Below are positions 30,001-41,317 of a DNA stretch of 64,000 bases, one piece after another. A program made the translations under genes and the position numbers. Source of the DNA: Flectonema sp. DT1601. Lineage: Eukaryota. The DNA lies in assembly GCA_964019425.1 (NCBI GenBank), contig OZ025787.1, forward strand, positions 1,364,001-1,428,000, written 5' to 3'. Below the pieces are notes generated by a model, which saw nothing but the letters and a program-made list of their open reading frames with translations, searched no databases and was not told the origin of the DNA. How positions within the stretch are numbered: the stretch's first letter is position 1; every line of letters starts with the position of its first letter.

Positions 30001-32583
30001 GGTTCCCTCCCAGACTCAGCTGTTCATTTATACTGTCATGGATCAATATCACTGAAGGGAATCACTAGGAATGAGAATTTATTTTCTCTCCTTCCTATGG
30101 AACTTAAGGAACGGGTTGACTACTGGGAAAAGAAAGATAAAACTGTGCAAACTGTCTTTGAAACAAATACAAAGAAAGTACAAGACGTTATACAGCAAGC
30201 TGTGCGTGATCGACAGAAGACACCAACAGCAGCAGGTACTGCAACAACAACAACAACTACAAAATACAAATCTGATCAAGACGTGAGCACACCAGAAGTA
30301 CCTGGGCTAACTCCACTAACAAGTGATACTAGCTTGTCTAGCAGCGACACAGCTACTGAATGCAAAAAAACCAACTGGGTCAGAACTGTCTGGAGACAAG
30401 CTGTAAAAATGCAACTAGAAAGAGAAAAAGACCACGACAGTCAAAAAAACTCAATAACAGACACAAGAGAAGTTAAAATACAAACAGAACCACTCCTGCA
30501 CTCACATGTAGATATCGGATCAAATAGAATGCAAGAATCCATTGAATGCCTCTTAATGTCAATGCATGAAGGACAACACGTCACTCTGTGTGATTTTAAC
30601 AGTGATGCAAGTCGACTCAATGGATGTGAAGGTGTTGTTGCAGGTTATGATACGAATATGGTTTTTGTTGAAACAACGAAGTTTGGTCAAGTTTCTATTC
30701 ATAAAGATAATCTTATAAAGAGTTCAGTGAAGACTCCTGTGGCTGAAGCTCAAACTCAAACTCGAATATTGAGATCAACGAGAGTTAGTTTAATGGAATC
30801 TGAAAGAGGTGATCATTATGATCAAAGAGTCTCAACAAGATCACGAGGAGGTAGTATGGGCTCAACAACATCAGAAATCAGTTATCACAGAAAGAAGAGT
30901 CGATCACCACGTGAAGATAATATGAGACCCGTTCAAAAACTCTTATCCAATTCAACTCCTAAGACTCCTCGTTCTCCAATAAACTTAAGATCTCCACTCA
31001 GTCCTGTGAAGGAAGTCAGCATCGTCTCATTCAATATCGATGAGCCTTCAGCTGATAGCTCCAAGGGAACTCACTCACAACAAATCGCAGAACTGGAATC
31101 TCACATTACCACACTCAAAGGAAATATTAAAAAATTAGAAGAAGAAATTCAATCACCGACAAAGAACTCTGCGGACAACAGTTACATAAAACAACTTGAG
31201 GAGGAAATTAAATCGATGAAAGAAAGATATAAAACAACAACAACCGGAAGTGGTAGGGTCGCAGTATTGGAAAAAAAACTATCCACGACAAACGATAAGC
31301 TTCAAGAGGCTGACAAGCACTCTATCCTTTTAAAAAAAAGCATCTCTGATTTGCAAAATAAACTTAGCAAAAACCAGGAAAAAGACTCCAGTATCAATGC
31401 AGAAAATAAGAATTTAAAGGAAAAAATTGCAGAACAAGATGAAAGTATGAGATCATTAAAAAAGAATGCATCGATGACTCTTCGTCGGCTTGAAGCGGAG
31501 GAACTGTGTACGGAGCTTCGAAAAAAGAATTCCAGCTTACAAGAATTAATCACTAAACAAGAGAAGGAAATAATCTCTTTACAACATGTTATAAAGCAAT
31601 TAAAAGAATCAAATTCAACAACAGTCACCATCGACGATAAGTCCAACACCAACTACACTGAAATACTTGAAGGGCGAGCAAGAGAATTCGACTCAAAGGA
31701 GGCTTCGTATAAGTTACTTATCACTTCATTGAGGAACGCTGAAACCAATTATGAAAAATTAATTTCATCGTTGCGAAAGCAGCTCGTGGATTCCAATAAT
31801 AAGCTTTCAGCTGTCGAGGCGTTACCGCAATCGCCAGTTAAAAATGCCACGCCGCCGCAATCTCCAAATAAAAGTACCGCGTCGCCGCAATCACCAATTA
31901 AGAGTACTACTGTATGTCGGAAATGTGAAGCCGTTGAGATTACTTTGCAACGCGTGGCAGATGTTTCAAAAAGAGAAACCGAGTTAGCTGTTGCTCAGAA
32001 AAAGTTTGAGGAACTCCGACATGTGATTACGACCGTTGGTAGTGATTTCGAAGGTTCAGAAATAGGAAGTCCGCTGTCATTGTGTAGTGTTGAATCTGTA
32101 GACGCTTCATTGAGAGCAAAGTTAAAAATTGCCTCCACATCAACATGTCAAAATTGTTTAGGAGTTGCCGCAGGGTTCGCTAGATTAGAACAAGTATATC
32201 AGCAACGGAGTAGATCAGAATCTCCTTCGCATTGGCAATCTGGTGAGTTGGGGCAGTCTCCATTCAAATTTCCTGAAGCTGAGTCGCTAACGAGATCACT
32301 AACAAGTCCACAACCCATATGCTCAACTCTTGATAAGAAACCACTCGGATCGCAATCTTCTGATCATGCTTTTAGAATGGCAGCTGGTGGCAAAGTTCTT
32401 CGCCGAACTTCTGGAAAGCCTGTCACAGCACCCATTCTTGGAACTAACCTGACGATGAGTATTAGTGATTCACTATCTTCTGGATCATTGGCTTCCCCAT
32501 CCGGCTTCATTGCAGCTCCGTCATTCTCAGCTGTTCGTATGCAACCAGTAAGACAACGAAAGAGACGTACAACATTGTCTTAA
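27073..32583 (+). CDS. Soluble multidomain adenylate cyclase: ZZ-type zinc finger, SPRY-like domain, class III cyclase, coiled coil
   Basis: CSKC....WYRCNIC....DLCRQCF...H..H (ZZ); SPRY-like DMFLGIT..GDVLKFRV..ITLNG..LTPYV; cyclase FTDVQSSTVLW, YEVKTEGDAFM, GLRVRMGFHTG, DYFGPMVNLAAR. No TM helix once the start is set at ATG 27073. Confidence 0.88.
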   Translation: MGDKPIMRQVKRSNSQVSLGLGSPLSPTISASSSPGGTRRVRLQDFGLPGSPTVTSPVRLRRGRSNSTPNLNNWKSNHWQLLSNIIFATSHLKKRVGNVRKHTNRQHFYKYIDDVSTCSKCSKKHIADTDWYRCNICLHTHVDLCRQCFRNWNHPQHWFSEMSQASYTMFHKRIKRRWYILRLGMRSEAIRPLIDRFHSKIIAHLIQLLTPSADEPSGVLKNTINWCLAIPHLKKLLTGNKQTSLAAFYWKGGKAGFARPLTPEAKQKLVDYLREQDNSGRERITISDASSNVDLADGSIKIVYEDNPVEFIVAGGASNSKLFCKFPKRDPFRVTKVLLTDVSKPNSVVILGPPKMSLKLPWGLTEQDQRQTLSILTTLRSITKVFDIVCTIPESLLLCRNKDNLKENGSISRKKGLHHVINRNILEGYSKTAQQITAMPGSVRQSNVQQKEMWNSSSKIDDRHHRGLLGGNTPAHLELIHLKGIHSLWEDTTPAVIHILRTMMNGLVDALKIVTNQKQVRTANSSFNVFEGLVPDNCHESLICKEVVDIVRNYNTNGKGMLKITSDSSTETKTQSGQWDSLQGWEACHHTSRLRSGRVCFENSDMTCSATTRHDTVALGKQIITTSSISTVVTYKIIESSEDMFLGITPTSSGPTVFDSKTFPIIKKKDTPNTFSGIFYKGAGVVCLPGVSSEAVAENLVSSTPVVNCGDVLKFRVKPSLRNGFIKITLNGQLIFHRKGISFPKCGLTPYVLFRSSPRCRVQISKIEAPNESRKKLVSDPLSTTPPAVLRMLRVMESTFFNHFDRSLRRPPPRDQVTLVFTDVQSSTVLWDKSPDGMKIALALHNSVLRRLIEKWRGYEVKTEGDAFMIAFQRTEHALNWCLDSQRELLKINWPEEVLTLPAASVVNAVDGTPIFRGLRVRMGFHTGEPECEQDPVTGRMDYFGPMVNLAARISGVGQGGETVIGGAAFRHLHRNGSLPDSAVHLYCHGSISLKGITRNENLFSLLPMELKERVDYWEKKDKTVQTVFETNTKKVQDVIQQAVRDRQKTPTAAGTATTTTTTKYKSDQDVSTPEVPGLTPLTSDTSLSSSDTATECKKTNWVRTVWRQAVKMQLEREKDHDSQKNSITDTREVKIQTEPLLHSHVDIGSNRMQESIECLLMSMHEGQHVTLCDFNSDASRLNGCEGVVAGYDTNMVFVETTKFGQVSIHKDNLIKSSVKTPVAEAQTQTRILRSTRVSLMESERGDHYDQRVSTRSRGGSMGSTTSEISYHRKKSRSPREDNMRPVQKLLSNSTPKTPRSPINLRSPLSPVKEVSIVSFNIDEPSADSSKGTHSQQIAELESHITTLKGNIKKLEEEIQSPTKNSADNSYIKQLEEEIKSMKERYKTTTTGSGRVAVLEKKLSTTNDKLQEADKHSILLKKSISDLQNKLSKNQEKDSSINAENKNLKEKIAEQDESMRSLKKNASMTLRRLEAEELCTELRKKNSSLQELITKQEKEIISLQHVIKQLKESNSTTVTIDDKSNTNYTEILEGRAREFDSKEASYKLLITSLRNAETNYEKLISSLRKQLVDSNNKLSAVEALPQSPVKNATPPQSPNKSTASPQSPIKSTTVCRKCEAVEITLQRVADVSKRETELAVAQKKFEELRHVITTVGSDFEGSEIGSPLSLCSVESVDASLRAKLKIASTSTCQNCLGVAAGFARLEQVYQQRSRSESPSHWQSGELGQSPFKFPEAESLTRSLTSPQPICSTLDKKPLGSQSSDHAFRMAAGGKVLRRTSGKPVTAPILGTNLTMSISDSLSSGSLASPSGFIAAPSFSAVRMQPVRQRKRRTTLS

Positions 32584-34801
32584 TGGGTAGCTATGTCTTC
32601 TCTACTTTGGGGATGCACTGAGAAGTGTGTATCATCCCTGATTCTTGTTTTTATTAGCAAGTTATTTAGTTATTTCATAGCATCGGAAATTGGTTAGGTT
32701 ATTTTATTCTTTTTCTTACACCATGCTTGTCTTTGTTGGCAAGGAACCTATTATTACTCTTTTCTTACTTTTTTTTTTTTTTTTTTTTCCACTGTCAAAG
32801 GCCAGTGAAAACTTGTTTTCAAAAAAAAAAAAAATAATAAGAGAGCTGAAGTCCGTTTAATAGGTAAAAACGGACTCTCGCCAGCTCTTCAGAAGTTACC
32901 CGGAGGGTGACCCATAAGCTATTATGTTAATATAACTTTGTTTTATTTTTTTTAAATCCCCTATTACCCTATATACTCATTTATGAAGCAGTTTAAGTAC
33001 AGCTGCCCCCAGATCTATCTATATTTTAATTTGTTGTGTTAAGGCTTTGATTAGTGAAAGGTTGTTTTGTTTGTTTAATATCTGTTGAAAGCATCCTTGT
33101 TTGCGATGGTAGGCATAACTCTTTATCCATTTAGGTTAGGTCGATGTGGAAGGGTTGGTGAGAATGTGATAATTTTTTTTTTTTTTTTTCTCTTCTTGCC
33201 GAAACTCCTCTCTTTTGAGTTTATCTTCGTAGTTTTAGCCAGTTGTGGTTCAAACAATGACTACATTGGCCCCCATAGATCGTTTTTTTTTTTTTTTTTT
33301 TTTTTTGTTTCCCCTTTCTCTGATCTCAACCCTGCTGTGCGCCCGTGACGACTACATGTCTTCCTTCCTTCCTTTTTTTTTTTTTTTTTTTTTTTTTTTC
33401 CTTAGAACGTTCGCTTGTTTTTTTTTTTCTTTTGACTGCTTATATTAAAGTGCGAAAATTGCACTTTTCTGTGTTTTAGTTCTTTTTACCCTAACCCCCC
33501 CCGGTGTTGTGATCTGGTTTGCAGTAATGAACAGCCGTCTGTTTCACAGACAGGATGTGATGTGCTCTGAACCAGCGCACAGTAAGAAATCTCATTTAAC
33601 AAATCACTACTCAGCCGTTAAAATTCCTTTTGCCCTCTTTGCTGTGGAGGGTAGTTAGGTCTTTTTTTTTACTAAAAAAAAAGAAACGAAATCATTGGAC
33701 TTGATGTTACCTGACTGACCAATACAAACAAATAACAACCAAAAAGCAATAATAACTTCACTTCGCTAAACCAACTTCATGTTGCTCTGTCTTTGATTAT
33801 TATTATTGCATTGAAATAGCTTTGATTGCCCTCCTCATTGAAGACTCACATTGGATGGGCTACTTCTTGTGACCCCTTCACTACCTGATTGCTTTTCTTG
33901 TTATCGTTTGGTTTTCTTAACGACAATAAAAAAATACTTTCTGTGTTAGGCCTGGTATTATTATTTACACGGTCTTTTTATGCGACGTGCAAGCGAATTA
34001 GTACGAAAAAAAAAAAAAAATTAAAAAAAATTAAAATAAAAAAGACTATGCAAGGTTGCAGGCTTTTTTGTGTCATACTATGAAGCGTGTGCTTATGTTC
34101 TTCAACCCACAGACTTAAATAAATTTCTTTTCCCACTCCTTGCTTATATTTAATAGTATCCGCCCTCCCCTTTTTTCTTTTCCCCAGCAGATCGGCGTAA
34201 TTGTTGTTTTATTATTTATTGATTTTTGCTTGCTAACAAGTCCAGTGTTGAAAAAGAAGGAAAAAATGAAACTCATCATTGGGGGGGTACAGATGCAAGT
34301 CCGTTTTTCCTTTTTTTTTTACATGAAAAAAACAACCGGTATAATGGTTGTCAGTGGATGACTCCGTAAGCGATGGGTTTGCCAAATTATTTCAGACCCC
34401 CCACAGAATGGCAAGTCCCAAACAAAAAAAAAAAAACTTTGAACTTTCAAATTAGTGATCTTATCAACCACTCGAGACAATCATCGCCTTACTGACTCCA
34501 TACTGAGATTGTAGGTTAAGATTTTTGTTAGTTTTTTTATTATTACTATTGTTATTTTCCTTATATTTCCTTTTTTGTGTGTGAAGAAGTCATCTTAGTT
34601 GGCCAAACGTATTACTGTGGTTCTCAGTTACTGGGTTCCTACTAACTCTCTGATGACTAATAAATATTAAATCAACTCACAAAAAGATAACAATCTACAG
34701 AAAGAATTACTTTAGAGTATCTTAGCGAAAAGATGATTTCTCGTAGAAGCTGGTGACAACCAAGCCGCACAGAGAAATTTTCAGCAATATTTGTTTCCAC
34801 C

Positions 34802-34838
<37 letters not shown>

Positions 34839-35420
34839 TATGTTTTCTCTTCAACTACAGAGACATAAAGTTAATTTTGTCAAAGAAGAGGGGGAAAAAA
34901 AAAAAAAAAAAAAAAAACAGAACAGCAAACTTTACGTTTTTTACTCACACTTTTTGTTTTGTTAAACCAACAAGAGAAAAAAGAAAAAAAAATAGCAAAA
35001 CAACGACATGCTTTATATCTTTCCCACTATTCCCTTCTCTCAATCGATTCGATGAGACAATACTCTCTCAAAGGTATTAGAGACATCATCATTAGTAGTT
35101 AGGATCTGTATCCTTACAGTTGTGTAATACTTACAGTGAGTTTATATAATATATTAATGTTAATTAACAGCAACTACATTCATAATTTGATGATGGCTTT
35201 TCGACGTACATGTTTTTTATGTTATCTAAGATTGTTGAACTTATCATCTCATCAGAGGGCTGGGTTAGGGGAATGGTCCGAAGAAAGACTTTTTTTAATC
35301 TTAGTTTTGAAGCCAACCATTATATTCGAAATTTTGCTTTTTTTTTGATTGAACTCAACTGATAAATTATAATTACTCATCTCATCTCATCTCATTCCAC
35401 AGCCCTTATATGCCAGTGGA

Positions 35421-36920
35421 ATGTTATGCGAAGAACAGCGAGCTGTGTTTCGATGCCGAAGCATGGCTGAAAGAGATACCTCACCTAAGGTAAGCTTAAA
35501 CGTGATTCAACTATTAGGGGTGTTATTCGTTGCAGTAATAGGAGGAGCCTATGGAATGGAAGACTGCATTAGAACTGGTGGTGGATTGTGGACGATGATT
35601 TGCATAATTGCACTTCCTTGGATTTGGGGACTTCCCACAGCACTTTGCGTTGCAGAATTAGGGACATCGTGCCCAGCCAATTCAGGACCTGATGCTTGGA
35701 TATCTGCGGCATTTCCTACTCCGGTAGCTGCAATGACGATCATGTGGACGTTTTTTATTAACAGAGTTGATAATTCTGTGTATCCAAATCTGTTCGTTGA
35801 CTACTTAAATCAAATTGTAACAATCAATGAGACATTTTGGTTAGAGCCCCTCATTAAAATAGCATTCGTCTTCGTTTGCTGTGTGATAAATATCATCGGA
35901 ATTGACATCGTTGGGAAGGCATCAACGCTTCTAATGATTGTCTGCATTGCTCCGTTTATTATTTTATTTATAGCGGAAGCTCCGCAGTTGGATACGTCGT
36001 TGGTGTTTTCAAAACCGCTTGATGGTGTCAGTTGGACGGCATTTTTACCGATGATTTCATGGAATTTGTCTGGATTTGACTCTGCTGGTCATATTGTTGA
36101 GGAAGTTAAAAGTAGCGGAACTACTCTCATAAAATCATTACTGATGTTGTTGGTGTTAACACAAATTGTTTATGGATTACCGATTATTGCTGGGCTTAGT
36201 CTGCAAGCTAGAAAGTTAAACGGATCAAGAGATTTCACGCAATGGACTGACGGGTATTGGGTAACAGTTGCTGATTGGTATGCTAATTGGATAGGATATT
36301 TCATGAGTGTTGGTGGTCTAGCCTCAGCAACTGGATTCATGTGTTCTTTACTATGTACTACCAGCAGAGCATTACAAGGACATGCAATGCTTGGTCTCTT
36401 CCCAAAGAGAATAAATAACATATTAAAATATTTACACCCAAAGTATCAAACACCCGTCTATGCGATAGTAGTCAATTCGTTGTTGTGTGTCGGGTTGTCT
36501 CTCGCATTAGATTTTGATGTTCTCGTTAATATCGATTCAGTTTTATATAGTTTTCGATTAATTGCAATAATACTTTCATTTTATGTACTGAGAATTAGAC
36601 ATCCTTCTCTTCGTAGAGGGTTCTTAGTTCCGTGTACCAGTTCGTTTGTGTCGCTAACGATATTCGTGACGGTTCCCATCGTATTCTGTTTGGTTTGTAT
36701 TGTCTTCGGTATCGTGTCTGATGTGAAAGTTTTTGCTGTTTCTGTTGGATTGGTTGGTTTTTCAGTAATTGGATCTTACTTCATTGCAAAATATCATCTT
36801 ACTGAAGGACTCGATGCAACAATCGTTTATGAAACACACACGATCACTGAAGACGATAAAGATATTGACGACCCTACTTCTGATGCCTGTCAGAGTGACG
36901 ATTCATCACTTTTAACATAA
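35421..36920 (+). CDS. APC-superfamily amino acid/polyamine transporter (POT1/PUT-like)
   Basis: About 12 hydrophobic segments; GGAYGMED, PWIWGLPTALCVAELG and WNLSGFDSAG..VEEV motifs. Start could be 35421 or 35463. Confidence 0.9.
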   Translation: MLCEEQRAVFRCRSMAERDTSPKVSLNVIQLLGVLFVAVIGGAYGMEDCIRTGGGLWTMICIIALPWIWGLPTALCVAELGTSCPANSGPDAWISAAFPTPVAAMTIMWTFFINRVDNSVYPNLFVDYLNQIVTINETFWLEPLIKIAFVFVCCVINIIGIDIVGKASTLLMIVCIAPFIILFIAEAPQLDTSLVFSKPLDGVSWTAFLPMISWNLSGFDSAGHIVEEVKSSGTTLIKSLLMLLVLTQIVYGLPIIAGLSLQARKLNGSRDFTQWTDGYWVTVADWYANWIGYFMSVGGLASATGFMCSLLCTTSRALQGHAMLGLFPKRINNILKYLHPKYQTPVYAIVVNSLLCVGLSLALDFDVLVNIDSVLYSFRLIAIILSFYVLRIRHPSLRRGFLVPCTSSFVSLTIFVTVPIVFCLVCIVFGIVSDVKVFAVSVGLVGFSVIGSYFIAKYHLTEGLDATIVYETHTITEDDKDIDDPTSDACQSDDSSLLT

Positions 36921-37125
36921 CAGGCTGTCATGCGATGTATTTTATAAATCTTTTAATTCAATTCTGTTTTGGTTATTTTTCTTTTCTTTGAATATGTTTT
37001 TGTTGTGATGATTCTTTTTTTTTTTGACAATTAATTTATGAAAATTGTTTTCACAGACTAACAGAAATAAAACATAAGTACTACACCTGGTATTATATTT
37101 ATTATTTACAGACAGCTGACAACAA

Positions 37126-38085
37126 ATGACGTCTCTCAGCATGTTACTAGCTGCGGCGGTGGGTGTTATGTTTCCTCCAACAAACCCATCAGCTTGGACA
37201 AGAGCAGCAAACAATCCAGTACTGAGTCCGACAGAACCATGGGAAGGAAATTGCGTCTGTGAAAATGTTGCAATGCGTGACGAAGGAAAATGGAAAATGT
37301 GGTACCGAGGAGGATGGGGTACTCAATGTGTTGGATTAGCCTTTTCTGATGATGGGCTTCATTGGGAAAAAGCCAACAATGGTAAACCGGTATACGGATG
37401 TGGTAGTTCAGGCTCGAATAGCACAGTCAGTGGAGGCCAACCATGGGTATTCAGAGTAAATTCAACAACGCTATTCCTTTACAGTACTGTCACTGAGAAG
37501 GATGTTAAAAAAGTAAACCTCATGCACTCAACTGACGGAATCAACTGGATTCCACTTTCTTCATCCATTCCGATCCCACCCAATGGATTCCTTTGGGGAA
37601 ATCGTGTTGTCTGGAGAGAAGATGGCGACAATTGGAAGATGCTTCAGGAAGCGACCACTCATAAGTCAGGTATTTGGGAAATATTTCTTTATACTTCGAA
37701 TGATGGTCAGCATTGGTCTGTACAAAACAACGGAAACCCACTTACTTCACTCAGCCGTGGAGGTATGTACGGAGGACCTCGAGTAGCCAACATCGAAGGA
37801 AAAGTGACACCTTTTTATAACGGTTCGTATCATATATTCTTTCATGCATCTAAGAATGGTGATTTACCAACTGACATTTACCACGCTACTTCATTAGATT
37901 TAATTAACTGGGACGTCACTCCATCAACACCTGTTATAACTCATCTTGGTACGGGATATGAATACGATCAAGTAGCTGGTCCTGTTCCCTTGATCGTAAA
38001 CGGTACTGCTTATATTTTTTACGACGGTGACAACAACGCTCATCCAGGTGCTAGAATTGGAGTGGTCACCAGCCACGGTAATTAG
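37126..38085 (+). CDS. Secreted five-bladed beta-propeller glycoside hydrolase-like protein (GH32/43/130-type fold)
   Basis: N-terminal hydrophobic signal; NNPVLSP..PWE, KWKMWYRG, and four S.D(G/L)..W blade motifs (SDDGLHW, STDGINW, SNDGQHW, SLDLINW). No intron. Confidence 0.78.
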   Translation: MTSLSMLLAAAVGVMFPPTNPSAWTRAANNPVLSPTEPWEGNCVCENVAMRDEGKWKMWYRGGWGTQCVGLAFSDDGLHWEKANNGKPVYGCGSSGSNSTVSGGQPWVFRVNSTTLFLYSTVTEKDVKKVNLMHSTDGINWIPLSSSIPIPPNGFLWGNRVVWREDGDNWKMLQEATTHKSGIWEIFLYTSNDGQHWSVQNNGNPLTSLSRGGMYGGPRVANIEGKVTPFYNGSYHIFFHASKNGDLPTDIYHATSLDLINWDVTPSTPVITHLGTGYEYDQVAGPVPLIVNGTAYIFYDGDNNAHPGARIGVVTSHGN

Positions 38086-39147
38086 TATTCTTTTTATTTT
38101 TTTTCTCAAATATATTTCTTAACAACGTTAAAAGTAATAGACATGTTTCAGTATTCCGTCTCTTTTTCATTTTCTTTTTTTCTTAAACTTAATCACTGGC
38201 CATATGCAGTTGGTCTTAGTTATTTTATTTTGTTATTTTTATTCTTAATTCTGGTTTTTGCAATTGCGCGTATTCTTTTTATTTTCAACAAGAAACTTCA
38301 TTCGGAATCACTTTAACAGATGTGAGTCTGTCTTAATCCTTTTGCACTTTGTTGAAATCAAGAATCCAGCACTGTTTGCCATGTGAGGGATTACAATTCT
38401 CTAGCTTTGCTTTTTCTCGATACCCCCACTGATGGCGGTGAAATTTTGTTTTATTTCTTTACAAGAATATCACATCATCTTATTCTTGACTGATTGATGT
38501 TCTAGTTTACTATTATTATTTTCATAGCAGTTGTGTTGTTGGTTGTTTGTAGCTGATCGGACTCTCTATTTTTAAGGAAAAAATTCGACTGACAGTTGCC
38601 AACAACAAGAAAACATGCTTTTGCTACACAGTTTCTCTTTTGCTGTTGTTTTTATCTGCTGTGGGGTGTTTATTTTTGTTGATTTTTTCCTCAAAAGTAT
38701 AATTCCATTTGCAGTAAATAAGAATAAGATTACCCGCAGTTCTCAATCAACTGTTTGGGTATTCTTCTTCACCAGTTATTTTTGCGTATATTCCTTTTAA
38801 AATATATCTATCTGGCATGATTTTCACGGAATCATGTTTGTCTTTTTTTTTGCATCCCTATTTTTTTGTAAGGAGGGAAAATCCATTGATAGTTCACAGT
38901 TCACAATTACGTTTTTGCCCAACCGTGTTTTCCTCCCTTTTCTTTTTCTCCAGTTGCGTCGCTGAAAACTAAACCAAATCAAACTTCTGATTCTGAGGTT
39001 GAATCAGTCACAGCAACTGTGAAAAAAAGTAATAAAACGTTTTGTGTTGTGTTCTGGAGAAGTTTTTCTGATATCTGACTTCAAATTATTATTATTATCA
39101 GTTTGTGACTTACATAATTATTTCTACAGCCTCTCCCCAGGTTGGAA

Positions 39148-40882
39148 ATGAGGGAACACGTATCTCCAAGATACGCTATTGGGAGGAGGTCATGGAAGTC
39201 AATAATGCTTGCCTTTGTAGCTGGAATGCTCGCGACTACATTGGTAAGTCAAGCTCGTTTATGGGACTGGGATGGAATGAATTTGAATAAAGAAATAAAA
39301 TCACCAGTTCAAAGCGAAGCGGTCAACATGATAGCCGACAATATAATGACAACAAAGCAGGCTTTTGATATAAAAAGATTCTTACAAAGACTAAAGTTAT
39401 CTGGACACTACAGCAGCTTACTAATAAGACGAGGTTATGACATGGATTCTTTAGCTAAAGCTACAATAAATGACCCAGAGCCTGGGATTAAAGCAGCACA
39501 CTGGAAGACTATCATATCTGAGGCTCGCATCGCAGCTGATAAGATTATTCAAAGTACAAACAATGATATTAATCATGTCGTGTCAACAGTTGTTAAGCAA
39601 GATGACGAATCAATATTCAAACTACTACTTGAGGGCAGTGATGAAGACGAACAACAAGAACAGCAACAACAACAGTCTCAACAAAAAAATCAACCGCAAG
39701 TGATAGCTGCGACTAATTCTACAAAAGATATTTCCTTGTCAACGCCACTACCAACTGCTATCCCTAATCCCCCAGACAAAACCCCTGCTATCTGTATTAC
39801 CATACCTCTTAGTGAGAATATACGAGTTGAGTATTTGAAATGGAAAGAAGTAACTCGATTATCTGTAAATGGAACAATTAATTTTAAAAATAAAGTTCCA
39901 ATCTGTAAAGGAATTCGTGAGACTGTTACAGACAAAGCATTCAACAGTGAGTTCATGTCCGAGCATCGGACAGCACCGGCGAGAGCGATGTCAGGATTGC
40001 GTGGATTTAATAAGCAGCGTTTGTCTGTTAATCAGATTGAGGATCTGAGATCAAGTGGTGTCATTGAACAACTCTATTTTGATCATGATTTAAAAATAGC
40101 ATATTGCGCAGTTCCAAAGGCTGGGTGTACTGAAGTCAAAGCTTGGATGCTAAACAACGCTGGACTTTACAAAAGATCAAGAACCCCTCACAACAGAACT
40201 TTATACACTGGAGAGAGAATTCAAAACGGACAAGTAATGAGCAACGAGCGACTGCAACAAATTTTCAGTGACGGTGAGTATTTCAAGGTATGACTTCTTT
40301 TTGGTCATCTACGTTGCTTCTTGTCTATAAATATTAAAATCTAACATAACAAAACAGTTCACACTAGTAAGAAATCCATTCACAAAGGTACTTGCTACCT
40401 ACTTGGAAAGATTTAACGAATGTGAAAAGCAAATTCGAAGAACGAAAGGAGAATGTGACATGTGGAAGAGAGCTTTATTAGAATTGAAACGAGGAGAAAA
40501 CATGAATGGGATAACTCTACCAAACGATACGATTTCATTTACTGATTATCTTAAAGTAATGAAAGATCATCCTCACGCTGATGTTAACTTCAGGAACACT
40601 CATTGGGTTAATAATGTTGACATATGCGCTTTAAAAGATCTCACATATGATTTCTTAGGAAGACTCGAAGACAAGAATGATATCAAACTAATCTACGACC
40701 TCCTTGGCAGTAAAATGATGGATACACTTCGACATTCTGAAGGTACGAGTAAGAAGCTTAAGAAATATTATACGAAAGAGTCAAAAGATTTGGTCAGTCA
40801 AATATATCAAGATACCGACTATGAAGTCTTGGGCTATTCGGGTGATAATGTCGTTCCTGATTTCTCGAATCCAGCTGCTTGA
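39148..40882 (+). CDS. Type II membrane sulfotransferase (Sulfotransfer_2 / CHST-like) with a SAM-like domain in the stem; join(39148..40287,40358..40882), ~554 aa
   Basis: TM anchor; 5'-PSB motif YCAVPKAGCT; spliced YFK|FTLVRNPFTKVLATY (3'-PB); YDFLGRLE; DYEVLGY. Intron 40288-40357 is GTATGA..AAACAG. Confidence 0.88.
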
Positions 40883-41317
40883 TGAGAAGAAAAAAAAAAA
40901 AACATGGAAGTCTATTCGTTTTTTTGTTTTTTTTTTAAATTATTGTAATAGGCTCTGTTGCTCTGATAGTTGCAATCTATTCGTGGGGGGAGAAGGGCAA
41001 TCCATTTTTTTATATTAAAAAAAAAAAAATAATAATAATAATAATAAGTGATGTATTACACCATCAAGATACCTAATATTCCTGATACTATGTCACTCCC
41101 CCGCCTGTTGCTGTTGTTGGCTGCTTCATTCGATAATTGAATTAAACAAGTCAACAGTCTAACTACAGCCATAAAACCGGGTGTAAGATTTGCTCTGATT
41201 CGTAGCCTTCATCTCTTTAGCGGAGATAGGACAATCCATTTTTGTAAGGTACGATTATTTTTAAATCTATAACTGTTGATAATATTTTACACACTTTTCT
41301 TTTAACAGAAGTAGGGA

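Noticed and set aside
33489..35270. CCCTAA / TTAGGG telomere-like hexamers
   Set aside because: Single isolated occurrences, not arrays.
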